NCBI GenBank assembly: GCA_028534125.1
Contig: CM052818.1
Span: 5,892,001 to 5,956,000, forward strand
Direction: 5' to 3'
Source of the DNA: Lama glama
Taxonomy: Eukaryota
DNA: 64,000 nt
Shown: positions 24,811 through 37,760 of the stretch, in pieces
Layout: each line of letters starts with the position of its first letter
Numbering within the stretch: the first letter of the stretch is position 1
The notes under the pieces: generated by a model
Database searches by the model: none
The model's input: the letters and a program-made list of their open reading frames with translations, nothing else
Told to the model about the DNA's origin: nothing
Made by a program: the position numbers and the translations under genes

Positions 24811-27800
24811 TATTCCCTGGGTCTCACCCTAGATCTGCTGAATCAGGATCTCTGGGTCACAGGATCAGATGCAGATGTTGGACTGAGGGGTGGTGGGAGA
24901 CAGGCAGGAGGCAGGGAAGAGCCAAAGCCATGAAGGGTTGAGTCTCCACAGTGGCGCTGGGGAGAGGAGGGTGGACATAAGATGAAGTTTACTAGACAAG
25001 ACCTAGCTTCTGATCAGATGGAGAAGGTAAAGTTGAAGGTGACTCTTGAGAGACTGAATGAACGGTGTCATTATGGAGATGGGCGATGGAGGAGCAGAAA
25101 TGAACAGTGAAAACCAGAGAACTCACAGTTTTGGTTATTCCAAGTATTAAAATTATTTGAGTCTCCTCCTTTCAATTTTTTTGCCACATTTCTTATTCCT
25201 TAAACTCACTTAAAGACTTGAATTCCATGCGAATAATACAGTTTGCTCCACCTTCCGGGGATGTCTTTTTTCAGGGTTTTCAGCAGGTCTGCCTTTGAAT
25301 TAATTGGACCTGATTCAAAGGCACATACTCTCAGCCTTCCAGGGTCCACGGGTCTTTTGCGTTTTTCCCTCTCTGCCGTTCTCCGCTATCCTACTGGTTT
25401 TGTCATGAAAAAATAGGAAACAGCTTAGGGATTTTGGGTACACAAAGTACAGCGTCCTTTCTTCCCTTTAACCCCCTGGGAGCGTGGAGACACCCAGAAG
25501 CTCTGAGACCCAAGAGCAGCTGCAGCTGTGCTCTTCGCCTTTTTGCCTATTTTCCAGTCATTTCCTATTTTCAGTTGTAAGGACCTGAGCGAGAGACATG
25601 ACATCTTTTAGGATATCCAGTTAAACCCCACGCTTTCAAATAACTAGGTTTTGATTTGCCCAAGGGACGCGAGGAAGTGGCCTGCGAGCGCCTTCTCTGT
25701 TGGGAACCTCTCTGGAGACCTGGTCTTTCCTGTAATCTCCACGGGCTCTTTGCGGAAGCCGTATTTCTTCCAAGTCTTTCTTTTCATCCCTGTCTGAACC
25801 TGCCTTCATCTTCTTAATGGCTAATTAAAAAATTACAACCAAGAGCATTAAATAGTAAACCCCTTCCCTGCTGTTCTCTGCTTCATTCCTGGGGCCCCAA
25901 GCAAAATGTCTTAAAGAGAATTTGAACGAGCCACCTTTCTGCTTTCTGAATGATAAACAGCATGCTAGTAGAGGGAGGCCTTTCTTCTAGTGGGTAACCC
26001 TAGATGCAGGGTCTCCTTGGCCAGATACACACCTTAGTCCAGAAAGATAAAGTTTAGGGGGCCCACATTCTCCCCAACATCGTTACGTTTCGCTTGGGCA
26101 TGTTAAAGAAAATCGTGCTGGGTGGATGTGTTTCCTCTTCCGGTGCTGCCTGATGCCTCCCTTACACACTGAGGCAACTACGGGTTTTAAAACTCACGAT
26201 TATTTCTTTCATTTAAGTTAGAAGTCTGAGCTTGATGAAAACTCATCCTAATTTGTGATGTGCACACTTCAGGGGCTGCTTGATTCCATTTGCAAAAAGA
26301 GATCTTGGAAGGCAATGTCTAAATACTAATCAACACAGCGCTCTCCTTCCATTTGTTTACACATTATCTCCACACTTTATTACGTATTTTAATAGGACAA
26401 GAGTTTAAAAGCCAGAATCAGACAGAGCAGACTCGGTCTATTTCAGAGGGTTCTTCATCAATTGTTTTTTTTTTTCTTTCTTGTGATTATACAGTTTTAC
26501 TTTATCATCCCTTTGATAACAATTTCTGCAGGAAAATTGACTTTATATTTCATTTTTCCCGTCTGTTATCTTCACGGCATTCATACGCAAACACCCTTTG
26601 TGCTGCGTGGGTAATATAACTGATCAGGCGAGGCTGCGCCATAAGAAATCAAAACCATAATAATGTCTTTGGATTTTGCATTTTAAATACTGCGTTCATT
26701 GTTGCACTGAGGTTTCTGATCCCTTTCCAGACATTATGGAGATTACCTTTGGTAATGCCTATTTCATTGTACTTTGATATAAAATAATGTGTGTCATAAA
26801 TCATCTGAGGGGCTGTCATTAAACAGAAAAGCACCTACTTAGGATATGTAACAATTTGCTTTTCTAATTTGAAGAAGATTGAGGCATTTTAATTATAGAG
26901 GGTCTTTGTCAATGAGACCAGAATTCAATATAAAATTGTATTCTTTCTGGAATTGTAGATTCGAAATAATAAAATCCTTATTCATTAATTTGACATTATT
27001 TTTTTGCAAGCGCTAAATCAAAACATTCTTGGGAGGGTTTCCTGAGGAAAACCCTACACTTCTGTCACCATTAATTGGAGAAAAAGTTATGTTTACTTAT
27101 TCAACAAAAAAGACACAAGAGAATCAGCTTTTCTTGAGGGTTAATCTGCAGTTGCTAATTTAAGAAATTTTACAATTTGAAGCCAGGAACGGCATTATCC
27201 AAAAAACTGAGGAAAGACAAAGAAAATGCATAGGGCGACAAGGGATGGGGGAGGAGCTATTTAAAATTATTGGTATGCTTCATGGTTTTAAGATTGCTTC
27301 TGTTTGGAAGAGGATGGAGGTTTGACGCCTTCTCAGTGAAGAACAATTTAAAATTATTGGAGCCCTCCTCTTCAAAGGTGATCAGGGTTCTGCACACAGA
27401 CCTCCTAGAGAGGTTTAAAATTATGAGAGGGCCACACATTGTTTAAAACATTGATTTTTTTTTTATTAAATGGGTTTCCATGTTTTATTTCTTCAGTGAT
27501 TAGGTAATTACAGCGATCTAGAAACTGAGGTCCTCATTCTGAAACTAGTTTTTTTCTCTTGGGCCCCTTCCCTTTGGTTTCCTTATGCTTTTTTTTTTTT
27601 TTTTTGCCCCCTTAATAAATTTTCTAGTTTCCCTCACTGCTGGGATAGACACATCATTCTTTGTTCTTATTCATAAATCACCCTGTGACTGAGGAACCAG
27701 GAAGTTATTAGGGGTGAGGGGAAGGTCAGGTCGGAAATTCAGATTGATCTAACCTGTTCTCGCAAGATAGCGCTTTGCCTACCTCAAACCCAGAGCCAAG

Positions 27801-28992
27801 CACCCGTGCGGGGCTGCCCCGCTAGGACTTGCAGTCCTGCTTGGTGAGGGCGAGGGCTGCTGCCGCTACGGGGGCATCACACAGGGCCGCAGGAACTCCC
27901 GGGTGGTCATCACCAAGTGCTTAGTTAGAATTACATTTGCCCAGACACATCAGACACTTTTTCCCTTTTTCTCTCCGGTTTGTCCTCTTTCCCTTCCCCT
28001 CTTCCTTTGTGTCTCATTGATATGGACAGCCAAGAAGGAAAACCTAAAGATTCAGTGCGAAGGCTGATCAGACTGGTAACGGGGGTCTTTTGGTTGTGAA
28101 TTCTAGATGTTTCTCTTCTTGTGTTAAAAACTGGTCTTGTGTGTGCGCGCGCGTGCGCACTCACTCGTACAGACTCGTACAGACTATCAGGGGACGTGAT
28201 GAGAGAGAATTAATTCAAGGACCCTAGCTGGGAAACAGGTGTGTTTTTCCCAGACTTTTCCTCCATTCCTGTAAGAAAATCCCTTCCCTCGCTCGCTTGT
28301 CTTCCCTGTTGGTTATTTGGTAAAAGGCAGAAGCAGTGTTCCATGTGTTTTGTAAAGAGCTCTATCAGAGTGAATTGGACATAGTATTACATTTTTGTCA
28401 GTTTGAACTCACACCTGCCACACACAAGGTTTTTTGGCCTGTCGTGCAAATCAGAACTTGGGTCTAAATCTAAAGGAACAGGGAGAGCAGTAGAGCAAAG
28501 CTGTCCAGATGTTGCTCAGTCTGTGTGACTGTAAATTTCAAAGTACCAGCTTTCCGTCCAGATTTTAGTGCATTGGGAACTATATGAAAATTCCAAGACA
28601 TACTGGTTTATTGAAATGTCTGGCCATTTCTGTATGAATTTTGGAACAGATGTACTGAGGTAGGCAATAAAACTGTTATAATGAGGAACATTTCCACATC
28701 AACTCACTAAACTACTAATCTCTATTGAGGACCAGAACTCTGCAGCAGAGGAGGGCGATTTCATTATAATTTTTTAAAACTCAGTGTCAGTTACACAAAT
28801 TCTTCCTTGATTTGAATTTTGGTCGAGATTTCAGGGGGTTGCTCTCTTCCAGATAGGTTGAAAATTGAATTTCAGTTTTACTTTTCTTAATCAATGAAAA
28901 TAATATAGGAATGCATTATAGGGCTTTGAGTTTATCTTTTTGAAAGTTTGTCATCATTTTATCATTACATGTAAGACTCAAGAAGCCCAAAT

Positions 28993-29153
28993 CTACCACT
29001 TGTATAGCTCAAGTGGTAGAGCACAGGTATGAGGTTCTAGGTTCAATCCCCGGTACCTCCTCTAAAAATAAACAAACCCAATTACCTCCCGCCCTGCCAA
29101 AATAAAAATAATTAAATAATATAATAAATAAATGAATTAATTAAATGAAAGAA
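28993..29153 (+). mobile_element. tRNA-derived SINE (camelid Vic-1-like) with 10-bp TSD
   Basis: A-box (tagctcaagtggtagagc) and B-box (ggttcaatccc), then gtacctcc and an A-rich tail. AAGCCCAAAT is repeated at 28983-28992 and 29154-29163. Confidence 0.85.
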
Positions 29154-29894
29154 AAGCCCAAATTGGGTGCTTGGAGTCCCTTTGGATTTTGAAGTCTGGG
29201 TCCCATTCTCAGTGTTGATGCTGGGGCTTGGTTTGAGTGTGTCGCTGACGTGACCGTCGACTTTACGGTTCATGCCTCTGAAGGAAGAAAATGGTGCGCC
29301 ACCTTGGTTGACTCTTCTTGTTGCCTTCTCATCCTCAGCCACTTCCCAGCTCACTGACTCCTCCATTGTAAGATGAACAGAACTTTCCAGGATGCAGGCT
29401 TAGAGATAGGACCTTTGGATTGGTACCGAACCATTCGTATCCCTCTCAGGGATGTGCAGAGCAGTGCTACTAGAGTTTTGGAACGAATGGGGCTCCCTTG
29501 AATTCCTGACCATTTCTCCCAACAAGACTGACTGTTGATCAAACATCTTTTGAAAAAGAAGGAAAAACTGAACAATTAAACAAAAGCAAAAATTAAAGAT
29601 GACTTACTTGATAGTATATGGACTTAAAAAAATTGTCTCTCAGACCTTCCTCTACTAACCTCCGGTAATTGGAAATTGGATTTTTAAAGTGATTAATTTT
29701 ACTCGCTTATGATACCGGGAAGGCTACAGGAGGCTTTGAAGGCAAAGGAAGCCTTCTATGGGAAAAGGAAGGCAGTTGGGGCAGGTTCAGAAAAGATACA
29801 GGCTTTTACTACGTGAGGATCACCTGAAGGACAGGATGGTTGGGCAGCTGATGAATGAGCACATCATAGAGCACGTTCAAAACATAGCCGTGGA

Positions 29895-30080
29895 GCACTG
29901 TGTATAAAACAGATGAACAACAAGGCTCTGCTGTACCGCACAGGGAGCTAGAGTCAGTGTCTTGTCATAACCTAGAATGAAAAAGAATATGAAAATGAGT
30001 ACGTATGTAGAACTGACACTACGGGTGTACACCTGGAACTAATACAGCATTGTGAACTGACTGTGCTTCAATTAAAAAAA
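29895..30080 (+). mobile_element. Truncated artiodactyl/camelid L1 3' end
   Basis: aacaacaaggctctgctgtaccgcacaggg...tgtacacctggaactaatacagcattgtgaactgactgtgcttcaattaaaaaaa. Confidence 0.8.
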
Positions 30081-31650
30081 CCCCCACAGTTATAGAGGCC
30101 TTGACCTCCTCAGGCTCTTTTTTTTTTTTTTTTTGGTCACATTTGGGAAATACTAAAACTATTAAAGTTCATTTGCGCTTCTCTGGAATTTTGAGTTATT
30201 TTTCCTAGCATGACTCAGTTTTCCCAAAGTAGGTTTTGTTTATTTCTTTTTTTTCCTTTTTGTACTATTGCATGGTCCTCACTGGTCACTTCATATATTT
30301 TCCTATGACTTCTTTTAAAAGAGTCCAGCAGCCTTAGGAAAGCTAAAAATAAAAAAGACAAACAGCGGGAGGAGGCAATAGAAATAAAAGGAGAAAATGT
30401 TAGTGACCTCTATTTACTGAGAAAATCATCTCGGTTTTCTCTGAGCAGCGCCTCAGAGGCTGAGAGAGGCCCAGGCCACTTCCTTTTTTTGTTGTTTTTT
30501 GTTTGTTTCCTGCTTTGTTTTTCTTTGGCCACCCTTGGTATATTAAAAAGCAAGCGTGGTCAAAACATGGATTAAAAAAACCGTGGTGTACTTCAAATAT
30601 TTATACTTACCAAATTAATAATTGTGAAACACACAGAAATACCATGACCATATGGTTAAATTTATCTGAAGATAAGGCCAAAAGTCAAAATCTGATGTTT
30701 TCATGAATGTGAGCCTTGGGACAAATGTCCCTTTCCCAATGTGCTTCCCACTGTCCAGCTCCAGGTGGGACGGACACCTGTCCCTGGCTGTGTTGCCTAC
30801 GTATTGTGCATATTGTGAGCTGGGTACCTCACTTAGGGCCTGGCCACCAGTGGAGCTCAAAAAAAAAAAAATACTAGTTTCCTTCTCCTTCCTTCTGCCA
30901 TTTTTTCATTTTACTTAGACCTGAACCGGGAAGATGGTCTTAGGCCAGTTTGTCAATATATTCATCTTGCCTTGCAAACACTGCTCAGGGAAGGGGGCTC
31001 ATTTGCATCCACAATGGTGTGCTTCTTGCTCACAAGGAAAGGAAAGAAGGATGCACTAGCTCTGAGCTACCCGGGAGGTGCCAGGTTTCTTCTCCCATCC
31101 TGCTTCCTTCCGTGGTCCTGAAGAGAGATTTCTATATGGGAATCAGCAGCAGCATTCATGCACTTTATTCTGCTTTTAAATTAAATTTTTATCATGGAAA
31201 ATTTCAAACAGACAGAAAAATAGAGAGAATAATAGAAGGAACCCCCATGGACCCATCAGCAATCTTCAGTGATGATCAGTGATGTGCTTTAAAATACACA
31301 TCTGTGGGAATGGCTGCAGGGAGATGGAGGTGTGTGTTTTCGCTCCGTGACAGCCTTTGGTTTACACCTGTGCGTTCCTGCAGCTCAACCTCATACACCT
31401 GCATCCACAGAAGGCTTCCTAATTGCCTTTGAATTGGGAAAACTGTATCACTGCCATGGAAAGGGGGATTTAAAACGAACAAGGTTAGAATGACTTCCTC
31501 CTAAATTCATGCTTTCCGCATTCTTAATGTAAGGCATGTAAGTAGTTAAAGATGTTTATTAACAACTAGGGGCAAAAAGGCAGAAAACCATTGGCTAAAC
31601 ACTGAAGCATGTTTTCTGCTTAGCTGCTTGTTTCGAGAGAAGCCAGATTC

Positions 31651-31690
<40 letters not shown>
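31651..31690. repeat. (TG)n-(CG)n microsatellite
   Basis: Seen directly: tgtg...tgtgcgcgcgcgtgtgtg. Confidence 0.95.
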
Positions 31691-31691
<1 letters not shown>

Positions 31692-32324
31692 TTGTAGAAC
31701 TGGGAAGAAAAACTAAGAAGGAGAAATAGAAACACCTCAAGAAAAGCCAAGTTACAGCCCTGATAATCCCTAAACTAGGTTCTTGCAGAGCACACCTGGC
31801 TTCTGGAAAGGAGGCTTTTCTTACTCTCAGTGATAACATCAAGTCTGCGGCACAACAACAGAGCCACTGACTCATCCCATCATGTAACGGGAAGCCACAC
31901 AGCTCTCTCCACCAAAGTCTGCCTCTGGTATCATTATCATGTGATGCTATGGCTTCTAGTTTAAAAAAAAAAAAAGCATGCCAAAGATGAAGCAGAACTG
32001 AACCGGCACCAAGAGAGAGCACATATTTACGTGCTGCTAGTAAATGCCAGGGCTGACTAACAGGGCAGGGGTGCAGGCAGCTTTGGTGGCCACCGGGAAT
32101 TGTGACACTCACTTCAGGGTTTCACCACTGAGAGCTGAAGGATCTCGCCTTGGGAAAGAATTTAATCTCTGTGAGTTTCAGCTCACCCACACGTGAGAGC
32201 ATGAAGACAATCCTTGCCTTCTAGATAAACGGATGCCAAGAACATTGAAAGGAAGAGTGATGGGTGGTGGTGACCATAAAGTGCTTTGGGATCCTTTTAA
32301 AAAAAAGACCACAAAGTTCTTGCA

Positions 32325-32690
32325 TTGTTATTACTATATTCCTCATTCTGCACATTTCATCCATGGGACTCATTATTTTGTAGTGAGAAGTTTGTACCTC
32401 TCAATCTCCCTCACCCATTTCACTCATCCCCCAACCTCCCGCCCCTCTGGCAACCACCTATTTGTTCTCTGTATCTAGGACCCTGTATCTGTTCTGTTAC
32501 ATTTATTTATTTGTTTTGTTTTTTAGATTCTACATATAAGTGAAATCATATAGTGTTTGTCTGTCTCTGACTTATTTCACTTAGCACCATACCTTCTAGG
32601 TCCATCTGCGTTGTCAAAAATGGCAAGATTTCATTCTTTTTTTATGGCTGAGTAATATCCCTTATATATGTATACCACATTTTCTTTCTC
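32325..32690 (-). mobile_element. L1MA-type 3' UTR fragment
   Basis: cctctggcaaccacctatttgttctctgtatct; ttagattctacatataagtgaaatcata; gatttcattctttttttatggctgagtaat. Confidence 0.85.
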
Positions 32691-32817
32691 TGTGAATGCT
32701 AGTTTTTAGAAGACTTCTGAGTCCCAAATTGCGCATCAGGAAAGCTAAGATTCTAAAATAGTCTGAAAGGAAAACTTGACATCAGGAGGACTACAGAGAT
32801 GCTTGTTAAGAAATATA

Positions 32818-33372
32818 TACAATAGCCAAGACATGGAAACAACCTAAATGTCCATCGACAGATGACTGGATAAAGAAGCTATGGTATATTTATACAATGG
32901 AATACTACTCAGCCATAAAAAATAATAAAATAATGCCATTTGCAGCAATGTGGATGGACCTGGAGAATGTCATTCTAAGTGAAGTAAGCCAGAAAGAGAA
33001 AGAAAAATACCATATGATATCACTCATATGTGGAATCTAAAAACAAAGACAAACTTATTTACAAAACAGAAACAGACTCACAGACATAGAAAACAAACTT
33101 ATGGTTACTGGAGGGGAAGCAGGTGGGAAGGGATAAATTGGGAGTTCGAGATTTATAGATACCAACTACTTTATATAAAAAACATAAACAACAAGTTTCT
33201 ACTTTATAGCATAGGGAACTATATTCAATATCTTATAGTAACTTATGGTTAAAAAGAACATGAAAACGAATATATGTATGTTCATGTATGACTGAAGGAC
33301 TATGTACTATACACCAGAAATTGACACAACATTGTAAACTGATTATACTTCAAGAAAAGTATATTAAAAAAG
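32818..33372 (+). mobile_element. Young camelid-type L1 3' end (5'-truncated)
   Basis: acaatagccaagacatggaaacaacctaaatgtccatcgacagatgactggataaagaag...gggataaattgggagttcgagatt...acaacattgtaaactgattatacttcaa; little apparent decay. Confidence 0.9.
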
Positions 33373-33388
33373 ATATCCTAAACCAGAA

Positions 33389-33422
<34 letters not shown>
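33389..33422. repeat. (GT)n(AT)n microsatellite
   Basis: Seen directly, right after the L1 tail. Confidence 0.9.
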
Positions 33423-36400
33423 GCATCATTTTCTGTGTTAAGGATTACTCAAGGTCATCAATTTTTATAGTCTTCAAAAACACTCCATTTTCTAACACTG
33501 GTTATAGTTAGAGTTTAAATACACCTTGTTCTCAATAAGAGCAAATATTTTTTATTTGGTGATTTCTTCTAAAACGTAGGTTTTCATTCACTTGATTTTC
33601 AGATGAACAGCATTATCTGTCTCTTTGTTCTTGTTTGCCTCCTAAAAGTCTGTAGGCCATGGGGCGATAGCTAAACACTTTAGCTTCATGGAGGTTAGGA
33701 GCCCATGTGGTTTCAGTGACTTCTGAAAACGGTCAAGGATGGAAAACCACTTATCTTTATGAATTTTTTTAGCAAACCCTTTACTTCGCAGTATTCTGAG
33801 GAACAGGGATGACACCCTCAGGAAAACAGCTGCTGAGAAGCCTTGGGCTGGGTTAGCGAGATGCGGCAGGAATGTACCTAGTGGGCAGTGAGGGGTTTGC
33901 GTGGTGGGTGGGGCCGGACCAGAACCCAGGTCTCCTATGGAATCGCCTCTTTATGAAGAATGTTATCACATCCGCTTAGCACTTGAGCCTGATCACTCTC
34001 TGCCAACATTTCCTCAGACTCCAAAATGCAAACTGCTAGAGGGTTTTGATTTATTTCCTGTTGCAGGAAGCAGTGCCTCAAATATCGTAAAACCTCTCTT
34101 TAAAGGTTTCCCACCTGAAGAATGGACAGAGGAGGTTTTCTCTTAGCCCATGACGGTAGGGTCCCTGATATATGTTACTGATGGAAGAAGTAAAAAAAAA
34201 AAAGAAAGAAAGAAAGAAAGAAAGATCCTCCGTTTTTGTTCCTGCACAGCTTAGAACAAATTGAAAGAGAGATCTAGAACTCAGACCGATGGAAATGAAC
34301 CTGTCAGCTTTGAGAATAAGCCTTAGGTCCGTGGGCAGCCGGGCTTGCTAGCATCTCACCTCTGTTAGAGTCATGCTCACTGGGTCATGGCCAGGGGAGT
34401 CGAGGCTGAGGGCGTCCCCCAGAGCAGGCACACGTGGCCTTGAGTGACCTCCTGGAGAGAGAACCAGCCAGTGCCAGCCCCACTGCTTAGGGCTTCTCTC
34501 CAACTCCTCAGAGTGAGAAAAGGAGAGAGAGATGCTCAGAAAGCAGCTCTGCTTGTGCAGATTGCTTCCTACGAAGACATGAGCGGTAAGGAGTAAGTCT
34601 TCCCCAACAGAAAATGTAAGAAAACAGATATTCCTACTGAACTGAACGTATGAGGATACCAAAAAGTAAAGTGTCACAAATCCACATTCCAATCATTGAG
34701 AAATTTTTGTAAATGTCAAAAGTTGAATCCCTTAAAGAACACTGACTAGCTCAAACAGTTCTTCCGTCATTGAAGGAAGGAAAAGCACTCCTTTCAAGAA
34801 ATTTTAAACTTAGTTTAATAACATATAAAACAGTGGCTATGTCGATAACATTATTTCTTATTTATGAAAATTTCTATTAGAACACCTTCATGGCTATACC
34901 ACAGTAGACTTGATCCAAGTTCTATTCAATTCTTGGAAGTAGAAACAGGCAATTTTTTAAAAGTCTTTAATTCATGGTTATGGCAGCAATGAATTCAGCA
35001 AGGTCCCTATGCCTCCCCATTTGCCTGAATCAAAGATGCTTTATCATGTTAGCAATTCCAGGCTAGTGACACAGGGAGAGAAATGTGGCCACCCAAGGAT
35101 CTTTTATGATTTTTGTCATGGGACTGCCTGTCACCCAGAGAGGTCTGTTTCCACTCCAACCCTTCCTAATGAATCTGTTCATTTGGCTGAGGCACTGAGA
35201 GGCTGGAAGCAGGCAGGCTTGCCAGGGCCAGTCTGAGATGCTGGCCCTTTAAGACTGGCTTGCGCCAGAGCCCATTCAGGCTAACCCGAAACCCAGCAGT
35301 GCCAGGAGTAGATTCAGTTCTGGTTTGAGTTAAGCTGGGTCTCAGAGATTCCCTTCCTTTGCACAGAACATTTGCAAACATTAAAAAGTGACCTGGGCTT
35401 CTTATTTCAGGGGTAAAGCTTTATGGTGTCTTGGGACAAAGAGGAAGGTAATTCAGTTAGGCGGTAACACAATCGCCTTTGATAAACTGCATTTTTAGGT
35501 CATCTTGGATGCAGCAAGGGTAATGGATGGGGGCAGGGTGGTCTCCTTGACGAATGCACTCCCGAAGTGTGCCAGTGCCGGAAAGCCGGCTGTCTGGCTG
35601 CTAGGTTCTTTCTGTCGGAACCCACCCAGTGGAAGGGAATGTTCTACCCATTTGGAGAGGGCAGCAGCCTCTCTTTTGGGTGATTTGTTATAATGACGAT
35701 GATTATTGTTGGATTATTATAGTCGCCCACCGGCAGGACTATAGTTAAAAATTTGGCAGTGTTTGCATTATAAATGACTATTTTTACAGCTCGGCTATAA
35801 AAGTTTACTTAAGTCTGAAATTTGATATACAAGCTCTCCATCCAGGAGTGCTTTCCTTTCAAATAGAATCTTAAAAAATGGTTAATAAAATTGGTCTGTC
35901 TAATTTTTCTGAGTTATATGTGTATTTTGGAAAAACAGAAATGTATCATTTGTGTAGGCTTCCTAGCACTCTTTCTCCGTTAGCCTTGAGTTTAAACAAG
36001 ATGCTATAAAATGTAAGCTATTCAAACTGAGCTTGGATGGATTGAGGGAAAAAAATGATACTAGGTACAGGGCCAGACTAGATTTATATTTAATCTTGAA
36101 AACTCTATCTGTGGCCCAGAAGTGGAAGCGCTTTTGGAACAATTATCACCGTGCATTTTCATTATGCATTTTATACCTCTAAGTACATAATCACCTGCTC
36201 ATGTCTATCTGATAAATAATGAGATTTTTATTTCACATTTGCATTGTTAATTACAGTATATTACAGAAGATACCAGGCATCTGTTATTAATAGAATGTAA
36301 TTTAAAAAAAAATAACAAGGGCACTTTAAATAGATAAAGAGAAAGCACCCTTTATTAGAGGCCACCCAGATCTGGTGAGGGCTTTTTGTTTGGACTTTAG

Positions 36401-37064
36401 GGTAGAGGTGGCAGGAATGGAGGAAAAATACCACATGAACTGAAGCTTTCAAGATAAACTATAACGTGCCTTACAGTCTGGCAAGAGTTTATGTCCTTAC
36501 CTCAAGGAAGGAATCACAGGTTTTGTAAATGCAAAAGCAAGCAGAATATATTTAATGTTGGGAAGATGAAAAACCCAACCCATGGGTTCCTTCTAAGAGT
36601 TTGACAACCTCTGGTGATGACATGAGGGTCCAGTTGGAAAAGCCAGTTCTAGGGCGTCTCAGGATAACTGTCTTCACTACTGAAAGATTGTTCTTCTGAG
36701 CGAGGCCCACTTTCTTCTCCAGCTTATGTGCCTGGGGTCTTGTTGAGAGGTGGTGTGGTGAGAAAACTGACAGACTGAAAATCTAGGAGCCTGGGAATTC
36801 TCCGTCTGCCAGTTTCCATAACCACCCGGGTGGTGGTCACCTCTCAGTGAATGAGGAGGACTGACATTGCCCTCGCAACCCCAGTGGGCTGCACTGGGCA
36901 TCAAAGTGCAGCGGATACACTGTGAGAAGCAGGGGCAGGATAAATAAAATGCAAGTGACCAAGTAGTGACTACCCTTTGGGAAAGGCTCTGCACAGGCTA
37001 GTGGTGGATGCCTGTTCTTTTTGGTAATAGATTTTGTAGCCTCATCAGTCACCTCATATGGGAT

Positions 37065-37760
37065 GCAGAATTGTTCTAGCACCATGAACTCCCTCAAGTG
37101 ATTCCCCAGTATCATACCCTCCATTCAATTCCAAACTAATCTATTCTCCATCATTTTGAGAATGTTCTATAAATGGAATCACACAGTAGGTAACCCTTTG
37201 AGATTGGCTTTCCATTGAGCATAAAGCCTTTGATATTTACCTAGGTTTTTTCGCATGCTATCAGTATCAGTTCCTTTATGCTGCTGAGTAGCTTTCTGTT
37301 GTGCATGGGTATTATTGTTGGTTCACTCATGGAAGGACCATTGGGTTGCTTCTAGTTTGGGGCTGTTGCAAATAAAATTGCTGTGAACATTCATGTACAA
37401 GTTTTCATGTCCTTAGGAGAAACATACAGGTGTATGATTGCAGGGTTATATAATAACTGTGTGTTTAACTGTCTGAGAAACTGCCAGACCGTTTGCCAGA
37501 ATGGCTCTGCCATCTTCCGTTCCTGCCAGTGATGTATGAAAGATCCAGTTGTTCTGCATCCATGCCAGCATTTGGTATTATCAGTATTTTTACTTTAACC
37601 GTTTTAATAGGTATGTAGAGGTGTGTGTCTTTGTAGCTTTAGTCTGCATTTCTTTTTTGGTTAATGACACTGAACAGCCGGCCCTCCATGTATTATTTGC
37701 CATCCATAGATCCTCTTTGGTGAAGTGTCTGTTCAAGTCATTTGCCCATTTTCCAGTAGG
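37065..37760 (-). mobile_element. L1MB/MC-type 3' region
   Basis: tataaatggaatcacacagtagg; ttgggttgcttctagtttggggctgttgcaaataaaattgctgtgaacattcatgtacaag; gtgaagtgtctgttcaagtcatttgcccattt. Confidence 0.85.

Noticed and set aside
27259..27425. Three spaced tttaaa(a)ttat motifs resembling a repeat-spacer array
   Set aside because: Short, AT-rich and irregularly spaced; expected by chance. A CRISPR array is implausible in mammalian DNA.
29002..29060. tRNA gene
   Set aside because: Has A and B boxes but a shortened middle, no acceptor stem, an A-rich tail and a TSD, so it is a SINE.
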